From Tubiluchus corallicola (taxonomy: Eukaryota > Animalia > Priapulida): a DNA stretch of 64,000 nucleotides. Below the pieces are notes generated by a model. The model had not been told where the DNA came from. It ran no database searches and saw nothing but the letters and a program-made list of their open reading frames with translations. This document shows positions 14,562-26,652 of the stretch, piece after piece. Within the stretch, counting starts at the first letter, position 1. Every line of letters begins with the position of its first letter. The position numbers and the translations under genes were made by a program. The stretch lies in contig JAQGDQ010000728.1 of the NCBI GenBank assembly GCA_030141605.1, positions 1 to 64,000 of the forward strand, written 5' to 3'.

Positions 14562-15927
14562 TGTTATGAATAAATTTAGGAATACGAATTTTAGCAAATA
14601 GTTGATTGAGTTATCAGATGAATTAGATTCAGATGATCAACTCACGCCTCCCTGATTTCGTTAAGTAAATTTATACGGTTGAACAAGAAACTCCTGCAGC
14701 TGGCAGCTCGAATTTAATGAGTTAAAATTGTCACACGATTTGTAGAAAGTGCAGGTGTAGTGTTCGAGAAGACACTATTGTTTAACAAGAATACAAGCAG
14801 AGTAAAGAGATAATTAGGAGAAGGTCTAGAGCGATTAGGTTGTCGCATGCAAAGAAGATTTGAGAGAGCCAAGGTCTCAATCGTATCAGTGCTCATCGGA
14901 CATTAGAAGAAAATTAAAAGTTATACCGACCAGATGGTATAGAAGTCGCAAAAGCAGCCGAATTTAAGAAACTCATTACTGGTTGTAAAATCAGAAGTGA
15001 AAGGAAAGTCGCTGTGCAGGAGGTAGCAGATGTGGCCAGATGTTGTCAGATGGGGCAACTCTCAGAAATATAAGCTCTGGAAAAATACTCCAGAAACACA
15101 CACGACGGGTGACGTACGTGAGCGTCACACACCACGAGCGAGAAAGGGAGTCTGACAGTGGTTTGCTACCATTCCGTGTGTCCGGGACATCTTCTAAAAG
15201 ACAAGAAGCAACGTTTGCCCAGCGTAGAGACGAATCTGCATACTTAGCAATTGACTGAGCACAGGTGCTACGTAGTCTCGAAAGGAATCAGGGATTTGAC
15301 AAATTGTTGGGGTACATTGGTCAATCCACAAGTTAAGTGGTTCAACTTATATATTTTGGAATCAGTATCTGAATAGCTGTAAACGTTACGTTGTATTAAG
15401 CACCTTCAGTGCAGCATATCGAAATTGTTAGTCATTAAGTGAATGACATCTTCTCTGGAGCACCCACCGGCGTATAAGACCAAATCTTGTAGTAAAGTCA
15501 GAGTTGATAAAGTGTAACTGTAAATTCAATAAAGTCTGTTCACTGTATTAACGCAGACATTGAGTTTGTGAATGTTTAAAAGCGTTAACTGTAACTTGCA
15601 TTCGCATCACTAAATCCTAGATACGAACTTGAGGAGATTCGCATTGCACTTAAAAGCTCAATTGCGGGAGCTAAGCTTGTAAACATGAGGGATAAAGATC
15701 TGACTCACAATGCAAGGTCATAGTGAAAGTCGTGTAGGACAAGGTCATTGCCTTAGCGACTTAACTAAAGCCCTCGGAGTTGGGCAATCGAGATCCGATC
15801 AATTACCTAAAAGCGATCGATAAGCGAATCTATAAAATCTAGAATATCAATCAAATCAATTAATTCAAGATCAATCGATACAGCAAAATAACTATACGAT
15901 CACATTATTGAGTGGGGAGACTTGATA
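14562..15927 (+). mobile_element. 1366 bp insertion with 4 bp TSD (CCTC), solo-LTR-like
   Basis: Absent from the paralogous site (31641 gcctc|tagttgtttaaacc). Flanked by cctc at 14558-14561 and 15928-15931, starts TGTTA and ends TGATA (not canonical CA), with TATAA-like and AATAAA motifs inside. Confidence 0.75.
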
Positions 15928-16025
15928 CCTCCAGTTGTTTAAACCTATTTTGGGAAAAGCCATTTTCAACTCTTTTTTCACTCCTTAGATCGAGAAAACC
16001 AAGTGGAAGGAACTTGCTACGAAAG

Positions 16026-19000
16026 ATGGCTGCTCAGTTTTTATTATATATAGCAGTGTGCAGCTCGTTGACTTTCAACACTGTCGTCTGCAGAGTTTCG
16101 TCTACAGTTGACACAAGCTCCATTAGAGTTAACACCAACAATGATGGGGTAAATGTGTATAGGGCGGAGCCTGAATTTATCGACGATGAGATGCCTTCTG
16201 CAGCATTTGGACAAATACAAGCGCACAGTTACGAATCAATGCCGCCTCCACATAAGGTACGTGTACAATGAGTGGTTCCGCGTTTGTAAGAATTTTGCTA
16301 TCAAATTTCGTACCTATTTAGTTTGATCAATTTTTACACTTGGCTCAATTAAGTATTTACTACATAAACTCGTTATACATTAATATATCTATTACGGGTA
16401 GGACCTACATGCTACATTGTTTGCACTTTAATAGTTTTCATGTAATACAGAAATGAAATATAACGAAATATAATGAAATACACTTACGTATAAGCAAATA
16501 AGGATAGTTTAATGAAATACAATACACATTGTATAATGAAGTAAAATTCAGAACATACAGATCATGCTTATTTGAGCTGATTATTCTAATATGATTTGCA
16601 ATATATCTTACTGTGAACAGGATGTAATTTTGTAGATTCCAGCAAGTTTAAGGATTGCACTGAAAGATGTGAAAAACGCTGACGATTTTTTTACCAAATT
16701 CATTCAGCCAGGACTAAATCTGCCAACTGATTCATTCGAAGGAAGAAGTAAGTCGTATTTTTTGCTTAATGGTCAGTAGTCGGTTTCATTTGGTACTGCA
16801 CTACTTTTCAGCGTCAAATTTTGAGAGCTGATGCAGAGGAAAATAGCGCAGTTTTAGTTCAGCACAAGGTACAAAGTTGGTTTCAGCTAATTTCTGACTA
16901 ACAGTCATCTCTCTTTATTTTTACTCTTTCTCAGTATGTAATGTTGAAATTACTAGGTCGAAACTAAATTATACATTTCTAGCTTTCCTTAGAATCTATA
17001 CGGAACATTTTGTAATATTTCCGTTAATATTTCTTGGTTACAAAGGGATCAATGAAGTTGATTTAGTCTATATGATATAGTCTATTTAAATTTAAACAAT
17101 TCTTTCTTCCTTTTTTCACATGATGTATATCTTCCTATAAAGTGCATTTCCTGTTAAAAGTGGCGTTTATATAGTTTGCAGATGCCCTTTGGAGGGTGCG
17201 GAAAAGATAAAATCGGTTTTATTGTTTTCAATGCACCCGTTTATTGCCTGCATATGCGTTTCCTTTTCCTGCAGCAATTTCCTACTGGTTGTTTCCGCAG
17301 CTATTCCGCAGATGTTCCGGAAAGGAAAACACATCCGCATGCTGTGTAAACGTAGAAAAGTTTACATTGCACATTATTTTTTATAAAATCGATCATTTAT
17401 AGTTTGCGCCTAATGGAAGACGTTCATTCTATGTTATGTGATGTATCAAAATTTATTTACGATAGGGCTAATTACTGTTTTTACAAAGGCTTGTTTCGTA
17501 ATACTTATCTTTTTGCAATTTTATTTTTATGCGTACATATTTTGTGAGAGGCTATAAATTTAATTACGTACGTAATTTTTATGTGATAGTTCTGCATTAA
17601 CGAATACTTGATTACAACAATCTGTTAGACAGTTTTCACGGTATAAAGAATGTTGTGGAACAGCCTGTATATAGCTTGCTCAGCAGCAAATTATCAAGAA
17701 AAATTTCGTGTCATAATCGAATTTTCTAGTTCTTGAATAGTCTGAAAGGCTAGTCATGATGACTCACTAGTTTCAAGAATTTGAAAATTAATATCAATTT
17801 ATTAATTATCAATATCAATATTGCAAATAATATCAATTTACTTTCGTAAACGGAAAATTTGTAACCATGCTTCAGCAGTAAAGTGCAAAACAAAAGGAAT
17901 AAACATACCATGATTCTGAATGCATTCCTTGATGTTTTGTTTCTGCATTAATTCTAACTTTTAATTCAATGAATTTTAATTCTGTAATCGAACTTGGTTT
18001 TTGGCGAAACTCCTCTTTGCTCTTTACTTTTGGCTACAAATCAACTTTTCCAGTTTGTTCAAGTCATTCTATAAGTCTACAGACGGGTAGTAGTCTGTAT
18101 AACTTCATTAGTAAGACAACAAAGTGGCAAACAATATAATTATAGTAATAATTATAATTGCATATAGTATAATAGGCTTCACTAGCAAGAAAGATAGACC
18201 GTCATTACCGTGTATACAGAAAAATAGTGATAAAGCTGATTTGGGGGTGCAAATCTGGATGCTATGTATGGGGCCAGGAGGGAAGTAGAGCTTCTTTGGT
18301 AAACTGGGTGTCTAAAGGGTTGCTTCCTACCAGTTAATTAACAAAACAGTTTATTAGAAGGTTAAAAAGGGTAAAAACTGCTCATCCAATTTCAGACATA
18401 ACAGACGATCTGGATCAGTCACACGACTACGACTCACCAACAGAGTTGAAGGAGGAGTTCATTTCCAGAGGGCGTGTCTATACCACCTACAAGAGCAGTG
18501 AGGCCCAACCTAGGACACATCAAGATGGTGTGTAGCTATAATTTTATAGTTTTATAATTTTTTAATTCTGAACAGGAACGTACTCGGAAGTTCCAAAGAC
18601 GTGTGCAAGGATGTTAATGATTTCTAAACAATAGTTATAAAACTGTACTTCCTCGGAGGTAACAGGTTATAATGAAACCGACGTGCAGGACAGGACTGAT
18701 TGCAAATAAAATGGAATTTTTTTCAATTTCGGTAAGTAACCGCACTTAAACGATTTAAATAGAATAAAAACTGATTACCACGGCACATGGCGCTTATATT
18801 CCTTTCACAACCGAATTATGAACTGGCGTACACACGTGTCTATAGGATCTTAGAATAACTTGTTCATCAAATGAGAAGTTTCAGTTTTGGTGTATAATAA
18901 AGTTTTTGATGACAAAGCAGAAAAACATTGGGTTTTGCACATCTAAAATTTATTTTACAAGTTTTTGTTCATGGTTATCTTCTAGAGTTGTACCCTATTG

Positions 19001-21744
19001 TGGAGAAAGCGAGCTGTCAGCCTCGTCTTATGCCGGTTATGTTACCACAACCCGAGGATATTTCTCTGATGTACTGGCCACCCTCTACAGAGCTGCATCA
19101 GTGTGGTGGTTGTTGCATTAGCAGCATCGGACGGAACTTAGTAGATTGCATACCTGTGCTTCAGCAGTCGGTGCGGCGCCGGGTAACATATAATTATGTT
19201 CTTGGGATGTTAAAATTAAGCCGGTATTCGTAGTCATAAGCTGCAGAGTACGTAAAATTTGAAACAAAAAGTATTTTTGGTGGAATCATGTGGTATGGTA
19301 TACGCTGGACATACCATCGTCAGACTGATTGTACGTATAGTAGGAATGGTTGCCGCCATTATTGAACTATTAAGTCATGTAATTATGTATGCATAATAAT
19401 GGCTATACATATGACATGCATGTATCAAAGTGTCACAAGTTAATATGGAATCAGAGTCACGTAAGAGTGATAGGACTAAGACAAATTTGAATTCAATGAC
19501 TGAGGCAATTTTGACATTCCTTTCAAATTTAAAGAGACATGTCATTTAATTTAGTCATAACTAATAAACTGTTTTCCTGCAAGATGCTTTATATAACGTC
19601 ACTAACAACGAACATTTGTAGAGCATTCAGCATTGTCTTGTGCTTCAATACCGCTCTCGTCGTCATTCATATGAACCACGAAAATTTGTTAACGCTAGCT
19701 ACTAGACTATTATTCCCGGCACTGTCATTCTAATTAAATATTTTGTGTTTCATACAGGTGTATAAAGTGAGATATCCATCATACAATGCTTCCTCTTTTA
19801 TCCCAGAAGGTTTAGAAGTTTTGACATTGCAAAACCATACTCGATGTGACTGTGTTTGCAGGAAGAGTCCAGAAGACTGTACATCGTATCAGGTTATTAT
19901 TTTGCATCCCTCGCCTATGTCATTGACTCTTTGGAAACTGTAACTTGTTTAGGTTCCTAGTGGATCGCCCTCTGTTGTTTTGCATTTATAACTTTCTGTA
20001 ACTTAATATACAAATCTATATGATTTTAATTGAAATGTCTATGTCGCGCGATGACTGTTATGACTGTTATTGTAGAAATTGCAATTTTTCTGGAATATTT
20101 CTGACTAAAATTGGTAAAGCAGGAAAAGAGTAACACATTGGCTAAGAGCAGCCACTCAAGTTTAAATTGTACAAGTCAGTAAATACTGAACTCTTTTGCA
20201 AAAACTGTCTAGAATAAAAGTTTTAGTAAAATAACCGAGTAAACGTGATTAGCATAATGCCTAAAACTTCAATTTTTTTATGTGTTTCAGATCTACAAAG
20301 ACTGTCAATGCATGTGTCCCAACATTGAAGATGCAAACTACTGTACAGAAAGACAAAGATGGGACACAACTCACTGTAAATGTAAATGCCCATTTGGAGA
20401 AATATGTCCCGCTGGTCGATATTACATTAAAAGCGCTTGCAGGTAAGTAAGAACAGGTTACAGTAATAATATATGATAAAACTGACCACATGAAAGTTAA
20501 AGTGACCTTCTTGTCAAAACTTCGTATATGGCAGGCAAACATTTAATTCTCTGTCTCTCTTCTCTTTCTTTAATTAATTCTTTGTTTAATTTGTTTTTAA
20601 ACATTACCACATGTCTATCACATTTTTACTGTGTGATTTTTTTGCTTTCAGCGCCAAGAATGGCAGCATCTGCATGATTCTATTCTCTTTTGGTAAAAAA
20701 ACTTCTATTTTTAGATTTACAAGATTTTAATAATTTAATTGATAATTTAGAACTTACATAGTAACTTTGTATTATTGGAAGTTGGAACTGCTTGTAGCTT
20801 TCTACTGGCTATGCAAAAAGTGTATAAGCGTGAGCAAAATTGGTAAATCAGCGCTTAGTCTGGTTAGTCAGCAGCACGAGCAAAAAATTTGTGTCGTACA
20901 AATTGCTGCACACAGATTTTGGCTCGTGTGCGACAGCTGTAGTTGCAGAGCGTCAGCAAATTTACAAAATGAAATTACATTGTATTGCTACACTAAGGCT
21001 AACAACAATTAATACTACTATTGTGCTATCCAAACATATAATGGCATTCAAACGTTAATACCGAGTTTTTAGTACATTTTATGACTTCGACTTTCTTCTT
21101 GTGCATGCTCAACCTGCACTGCATGTGTGCATGGTGCTTCGGTACAATTTAAAATGTCGTAGAGCAAGTTTGACATTGAATTCACTTCTGTTGCCTGCAC
21201 GTCGCACGCTTTAAAAATCCATTTATGTTTTATAAAACAGTTTTCACATTTATCTGAACCCGTGGCTTTAAAGCCAGCAACATATTACTCATTACTTTTA
21301 AGCAGTAAAATTGAAACTACTTTTATACCAGCATGAATGTCTTAATTCTAAGCTTTAAAGCTGCATTCATATTCGTATGAGCTTATAGGATTAAGGTTGG
21401 CGCTCACGTTCGTTTGAGCCTTGCAATATAATTATTTAAATCACTCTGATACAATCAGTGCTTATGCGCATGTGTGTTCAGAACTATTTTTATCATTAGG
21501 GAAAACCCACAATGTTTGTAATATGCCAATATATCTTCGAGCATTAAACATTTATATTATTTTAATATTTCTTCTTTTGTTTAGCTGTGTTGTTTTTCCG
21601 GTTACTCGAGGTGTAAATGCGCGAGCGGCTAAAACAGACTATTTGCCACCACCGTTGCCGCCTGTTTTACGTAGAAAGAGGAGCGCCATCAAGTGGCCGG
21701 ACTTCAAGTATTGCCACAGTTTCAAAACAGAAATTTATTCGTAA
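16026..21744 (+). CDS. Pvf: PDGF/VEGF-family growth factor (Pvf-like) paralog 1, ~372 aa, 7 predicted exons
   Basis: Phase-consistent GT-AG exons 16026-16256, 16636-16747, 18396-18527, 18986-19182, 19758-19892, 20291-20442, 21585-21744. Signal peptide MAAQFLLYIAVCSSLTFNTVVC; propeptide IPASLRIAL; cystine-knot core CQPR...WPPSTELHQCGGCC...C...NHTRCDC; CxCxC repeats (CQCMC, CKCKC); C-terminal RRKR-S. Symbol is family-level only. Confidence 0.88.
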
Positions 21745-21884
21745 ATGGTCCGCATATACGTGCATTTAGACATGTATGGGCACTGTATTTAATGTATAAT
21801 ATATTTACAATATTAATTTATTAAGTGTAACATTTGGCTCGTTTGGCCATTTCATTATATAGTAGCATTCCGTTTAATACTATT

Positions 21885-22300
21885 TAGTTTAGTTTAGTTT
21901 ATTAAATTTATTTTACATAAAAATCCATTTTTGGCTTTACATGGCTTATTTACATGAAATGGATTTCCTGATCTACAAATTTCCATTTAAAAATTATTAG
22001 AAGTACGAGTAATCAACCAAATGATTTCTATGCAGTATGCGCATTAGTGTTATGATAAATATGGTATATGGTACTTTCATTTTAATGCCCGTTTGGGAAT
22101 ACATCAAATTAATAAACTTAACATTAGCCGTCAGGTCCTTGACTTCTTCACTCCAGTAGTGTTCTTGCAGAAGCAGATAGTTGCAAGAAGTATACTGAAT
22201 AAGATTATAAATCTCACTGATTTAAATACTTTTCTATTAGCATTGGATTTTTGTATAGACCCCTAATCAGCCAAATCCGTCCTCAGTTATTTAACGACGT
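21885..22300 (-). mobile_element. Decayed LINE 3' end with (TAAAC)n tail
   Basis: tttagtttagtttag tail, then an aaatccattt...aaatggattt hairpin and degenerate coding-like sequence. Confidence 0.45.
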
Positions 22301-22400
22301 ATTAGGTGCTTGTCAAAGTTTTTCCACTATACTAACAATGCTGCTGCCACCTGTGTTGGCTTCTAGCATTTGTTGTCCATAAGTGCACGCTACCACTTTC

Positions 22401-23010
22401 AGCCTAGAAAGATAGACCATGTCGAAGTGTATTATCAAATTTGAAGTTGTCTTAACACTAGATCTTTAACAAAATTGTAGCAATCTAGGTGCCTTGCCTT
22501 CATACAGCCTAGAAAGATACACCATGTTGAAGTGTATTATCAAACTTAAAGTTGTCTTAACACTAAATCTTTAACAAAACTGTAGCAATCTAGGTGCTTT
22601 GCCTTCAAACAGCCTAGAAAGATAGACCATGTTGAAGTGTATTATCGAATTTGAAGTTGTCTTAACCCTAGATCTTTAACAAAACTGTAGCAATCTAGGT
22701 GACTTGCCTTCATACTGCCTAAAAAGATAGACCATATTGAAATAGATTATCAAATTTGAACTTGTCTTAACACTAGATCTTTAACAAAACTGTAGCAATC
22801 TAGGTGCCTTGCCTTCATACAGCCTAAAAAGATAGACCATATTGAAATAGATTATCAAATTTGAACTTGTCTTAACACTAGATCTTTATCAAAACTGTAG
22901 CAATCTAGGTATTGCCTTCATATAGCCTAGAAAGATAGACCATGTTGAAATGTATTATCGAATTTCAACTTGTCTTAACACTAAATCTTTAACAAAACTG
23001 TAGCCATCTA
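22401..23010. repeat. 105 bp tandem repeat, ~5.8 copies
   Basis: Unit starts agcctagaaagatagaccatg at 22401, 22506, 22611, 22716, 22821, 22924. Confidence 0.95.
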
Positions 23011-24043
23011 CTGTATTAGACATCATATCCTCAGTTTTAAGAAAATGTTTTACCTGCCTCAGTGCCCAAAGGGGTCTTGTACGGCCTTGTAAAATTTCTC
23101 TTGGAGAACTGAATTTCATCGTTGCAGCGATGCATGGACATGATGACTGGGGTGGCTTTATTTAGATTTGTTTTTTTAGAATTTATTGATAGATTTACTA
23201 TGACCATACAAGTTTTGCAATGATAATTTACACAAAAAGCGTTAAATTAGCACAAATTCTGACACAGAAAACATTAATAAATAATTTTTATTGAGGCTAC
23301 TGGTATGCATCTGGACAGCACCAAGAAGAAGATCGTGTGTTGATGCTTTATTGTGGTCCCTCGCAATGCGCCTATTTGTTGGGAAATTTTCTTCTCCAAA
23401 ATGCCATATTTGTTTAGAATATTCTCAGCCTTAGTCGAAACTGTATTACTGTAAAACTCTGTGCTCTGGACATTAAAAGCAAATCATAAAGCTGAAATCG
23501 ATGCGTTTCAAAGGCGAAATTACAGAAACATTTTGGGTATTAAGATGGTCAAAGAAAATTTCAAACAAAGATCTATATAAAAAAATAAAAGAAGAACCAT
23601 GAGCGTGTGATTCATTGGATGATGGTGATATTTGTTCACAAGTTTTTTGTTGTATAATGCAGGCAGTGGGATGTTTTTCTACTACTAGTTCTACTACAAT
23701 GATTTTACTGATATTCGTATTGTATATTGTGCTGGATAAAATTCTCAGTATTTTCATTATTATTTTATGTTGAGGCTACTTGGAAGTTACGGGATGAGGG
23801 AGCCGTCCCCACATCTACACCGGTACTTAAAATAAAAATGTAATTGATTCGAAACTATCATGGATCGTGGCTCGATTCAGTTCGACTAAAGTTTTTTCCC
23901 CATCATCTTCAGTTAGTCAAAATGACCTTACCAGTTGCTAACTATTACGCGCCGGCTCATAAATCCGAGCTTGCCTACGCATATTTTCGCTCATGCCCCA
24001 TTTCAGTTTGCGGGTCTGAACTATGTCGCCCCCCCCCCGTGAT

Positions 24044-24678
24044 CGGTGATAAAGTTACAGGAAGAAAGCCACAGAAAAAAGTCACAATTTCTCCTAGGAA
24101 ACAAGTCACAGGGATAATAGTTACAATTAATTCATGGAGGCAGAAAAAAGTCACAATTTCGCCTAGGAAAAAAGTCACAGAGATAATTGTCACAATTAAT
24201 TCATGGAGGCAGGAAAAAAGTCACAATTTCACCTAAGAAAAGTCACAGGGTACTAGTTACGATGAATTCATGGTGGCAGGTTAAAAGTCACAATTTCGCC
24301 TAGGGAAAAGTCACAGGGATAATTGTCACAATGAATTCATGGTGGCATGAAAAAAGTCACTATTTCGCCTAGGGAAAAGTCACAGGGATAATAGTCACAA
24401 TGAATTCATGGTGGTAGGTTAAAAGTCACAATTTCGCCTAGGAAAAAAGTCACGCATAATAGTTACCATGAATTCATGGTGCCAGGAAAAAAGTCACAAT
24501 TTCGCCTAGGAAAAAGTCACAGGGATAATAGTCACAATGAGTTCATGGTGATAGGTTAAAAGTCACAATTTCGCCTAGGAAAAGAATCACAGGGATAACA
24601 GTCACAATGAATTCATGGTGGTAGGGAAAAAGTCACAATTTTGTCTAGGAAAAACGTCACAATTTTGGCTAGGAAATA
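24044..24678. repeat. ~68 bp tandem repeat (~9 copies) built of three GTCACA sub-repeats; possible DNA-transposon terminal array
   Basis: gtcacaattt at 24081, 24150, 24220, 24287 etc. The transposon-end interpretation is inference. Confidence 0.85.
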
Positions 24679-25387
24679 AAAATATTCAAGTCAGTAGGAA
24701 TTTATTTAACAACCATAAACAATTAAAGTAATGAAACAAAAAGTATTTTAGATTGGTTATTGACTGGCAATACCTGACATGTACATACTGACAACACTAT
24801 TTACAAATGGCATTACTTATTTGCGGAAAAAAATCACGTTTTGTTCAGTATCTTTGGGCTTTGGTTTGAGTTGTTTCTTGTGACTTTTTTGTATTGAGCT
24901 CGCTGCCCTCATACGTTTAGCTGATGGGACTTCATGTACTATAATTGTAGCATTCTAAAAAGATAATTAACTTGAAATTGAATTGAATAGAGGATGGGCG
25001 CCATTGTTGTTTTTTACTCACAACTTGGTAAGTGAATATTTTTCCATTGTCTTCTCGGTGAAAACATTTTATTCAACAGCAAGGGTGTCGTTTTTGGTGT
25101 AAATAATGGATCAGTAACGAAGGAGGTTTTAAAAATTAACCTTCCCCTTGTAGTGTAGTTTGAAATGATAACTTGAGACTGTTAAAAATTGTTTAACATT
25201 TTCTTTTTTATGTGAAGAATATTGTAAAAAAATACTTAGATTTTGTGAGTGATTTTTACAACATTCAGTTTCAAAACAACGTTGCAGTTAGTACTATTTC
25301 AGTATTTCACTAAAATGGTTTGAATTAGATTTTAAAATTCAGAAGTAGAACATTTTAGAGTATAACGTGTAATGAAAACCAAAACAC

Positions 25388-25852
25388 TTACTGATTATTC
25401 GTTCTACTTGACTGCCTCTGATACCGTCTTTGTGGAGGTCTGTATTGCCGTCGTCTGAATCTGTTTCTAAAATTCACGTGTTGGTTGTTGTTGTTCTGAT
25501 GACGCTGTCGTTGATTTTGTTGATGATCTTGTTGCTGCTGATATAGAGTTTGCTGGTAGTGGCGTTGTTGTTGTTGTTGTTGTATGTTAGAAATTCTGTT
25601 TAGTTGCGTTTGCATGTGTGTCATAAATAGAATTATTTGTTGCTGATATTGATGTTCATGTTGTTGTTCTTGTTGTGCCTGTTCTTCTTGCTGCTGTAGT
25701 TCTCCATGCTGTACAGGTTGCTCTTGTTGTGCCTGTTGTTCGTTTTCTCGTCTGCATTCGTCGTCCGGTCTGTGTCTTGGCTGGTTTATCTCCAAGCCTT
25801 CGAGTCTCTGTAACATACTCGTATTTTTGTGGAAAAAACAAAGATTTTGCAA
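25388..25852 (-). other. Gln-rich ORF with Arg-rich C-terminus, function unknown
   Basis: 154 aa ORF (first ATG at MLQRLEG); mixed Gln codons rather than a pure microsatellite; ends RNRFRRRQYRPPQRRYQR. Confidence 0.3.
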
Positions 25853-26562
25853 ACAACATCAAAAATTATTTTTTATTTCATTTAGATTCATTTTAAACCC
25901 AACATGTTATTCATAAAACTTTAGACTTAAAATCAGCACTTTAGATATTTCCCTTTGATAACAAAAGCTAATTCGTAGTCAACGCTTTTCTTCATTTTGC
26001 CTCCGTTTGCTACCATTGGAAACACACCGAAGAAAATCTAAAGTTATTATAAAAATATTTATAAATGTTTATAAAAGTTTCAAGAAAATAATTTAAGAGC
26101 TACAAAATTAATATACTAATAATATTTTATCTATATATTTATTAGCAAAATACTTGGAAAAACATCACAGCCAGCTCATTGGTAAATCAGTATAAAATTT
26201 ACAATTGCAACAAAATTTACTTGCAAAAAAATAAAAACTTGTGTGAACAAAACTAAACGCTCACATGGAGCCTAATGGAGAAACCTTGAAAAAAATACAA
26301 TGATTACTTACGATGAAAGGAAGCATATTCGTTAATATTATGCTGAAAAACACTTTACTCTCTTAACGTCTAATTCCAATTTCGCGCCGCGCATTGTTTA
26401 AATAATGGGTTAAATGAAAAGCAGGTTAATAATTATATATAGGTCACTAACAATCAATTCCTTTATATATCAAGAGTACTTTTAATTCATAAAAATTGCT
26501 GGTAGTATAATATTTGTTAATGGCATTAATTAATCAGTGGTGTATATCTTATTTTCGGTGGC

Positions 26563-26595
<33 letters not shown>

Positions 26596-26600
26596 AGAAA

Positions 26601-26647
<47 letters not shown>

Positions 26648-26652
<5 letters not shown>

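Noticed and set aside
18576-18731. Extra Pvf exon (AG acceptor, strong GTAAGT donor, length divisible by 3)
   Set aside because: Stop codons in all three frames; at most a decayed exon.
20652-20694. Alternative Pvf exon (SAKNGSICMILFSF), conserved at 36634
   Set aside because: Its phase does not join the 21585 exon, whereas direct splicing restores C-S-C. It cannot be excluded as an alternative terminal exon, so it is not called.
22401-24678. CRISPR-like arrays (also the 42, 56, 60 and 137 bp repeats)
   Set aside because: Head-to-tail units with no unique spacers, no cas genes, and a eukaryotic context.
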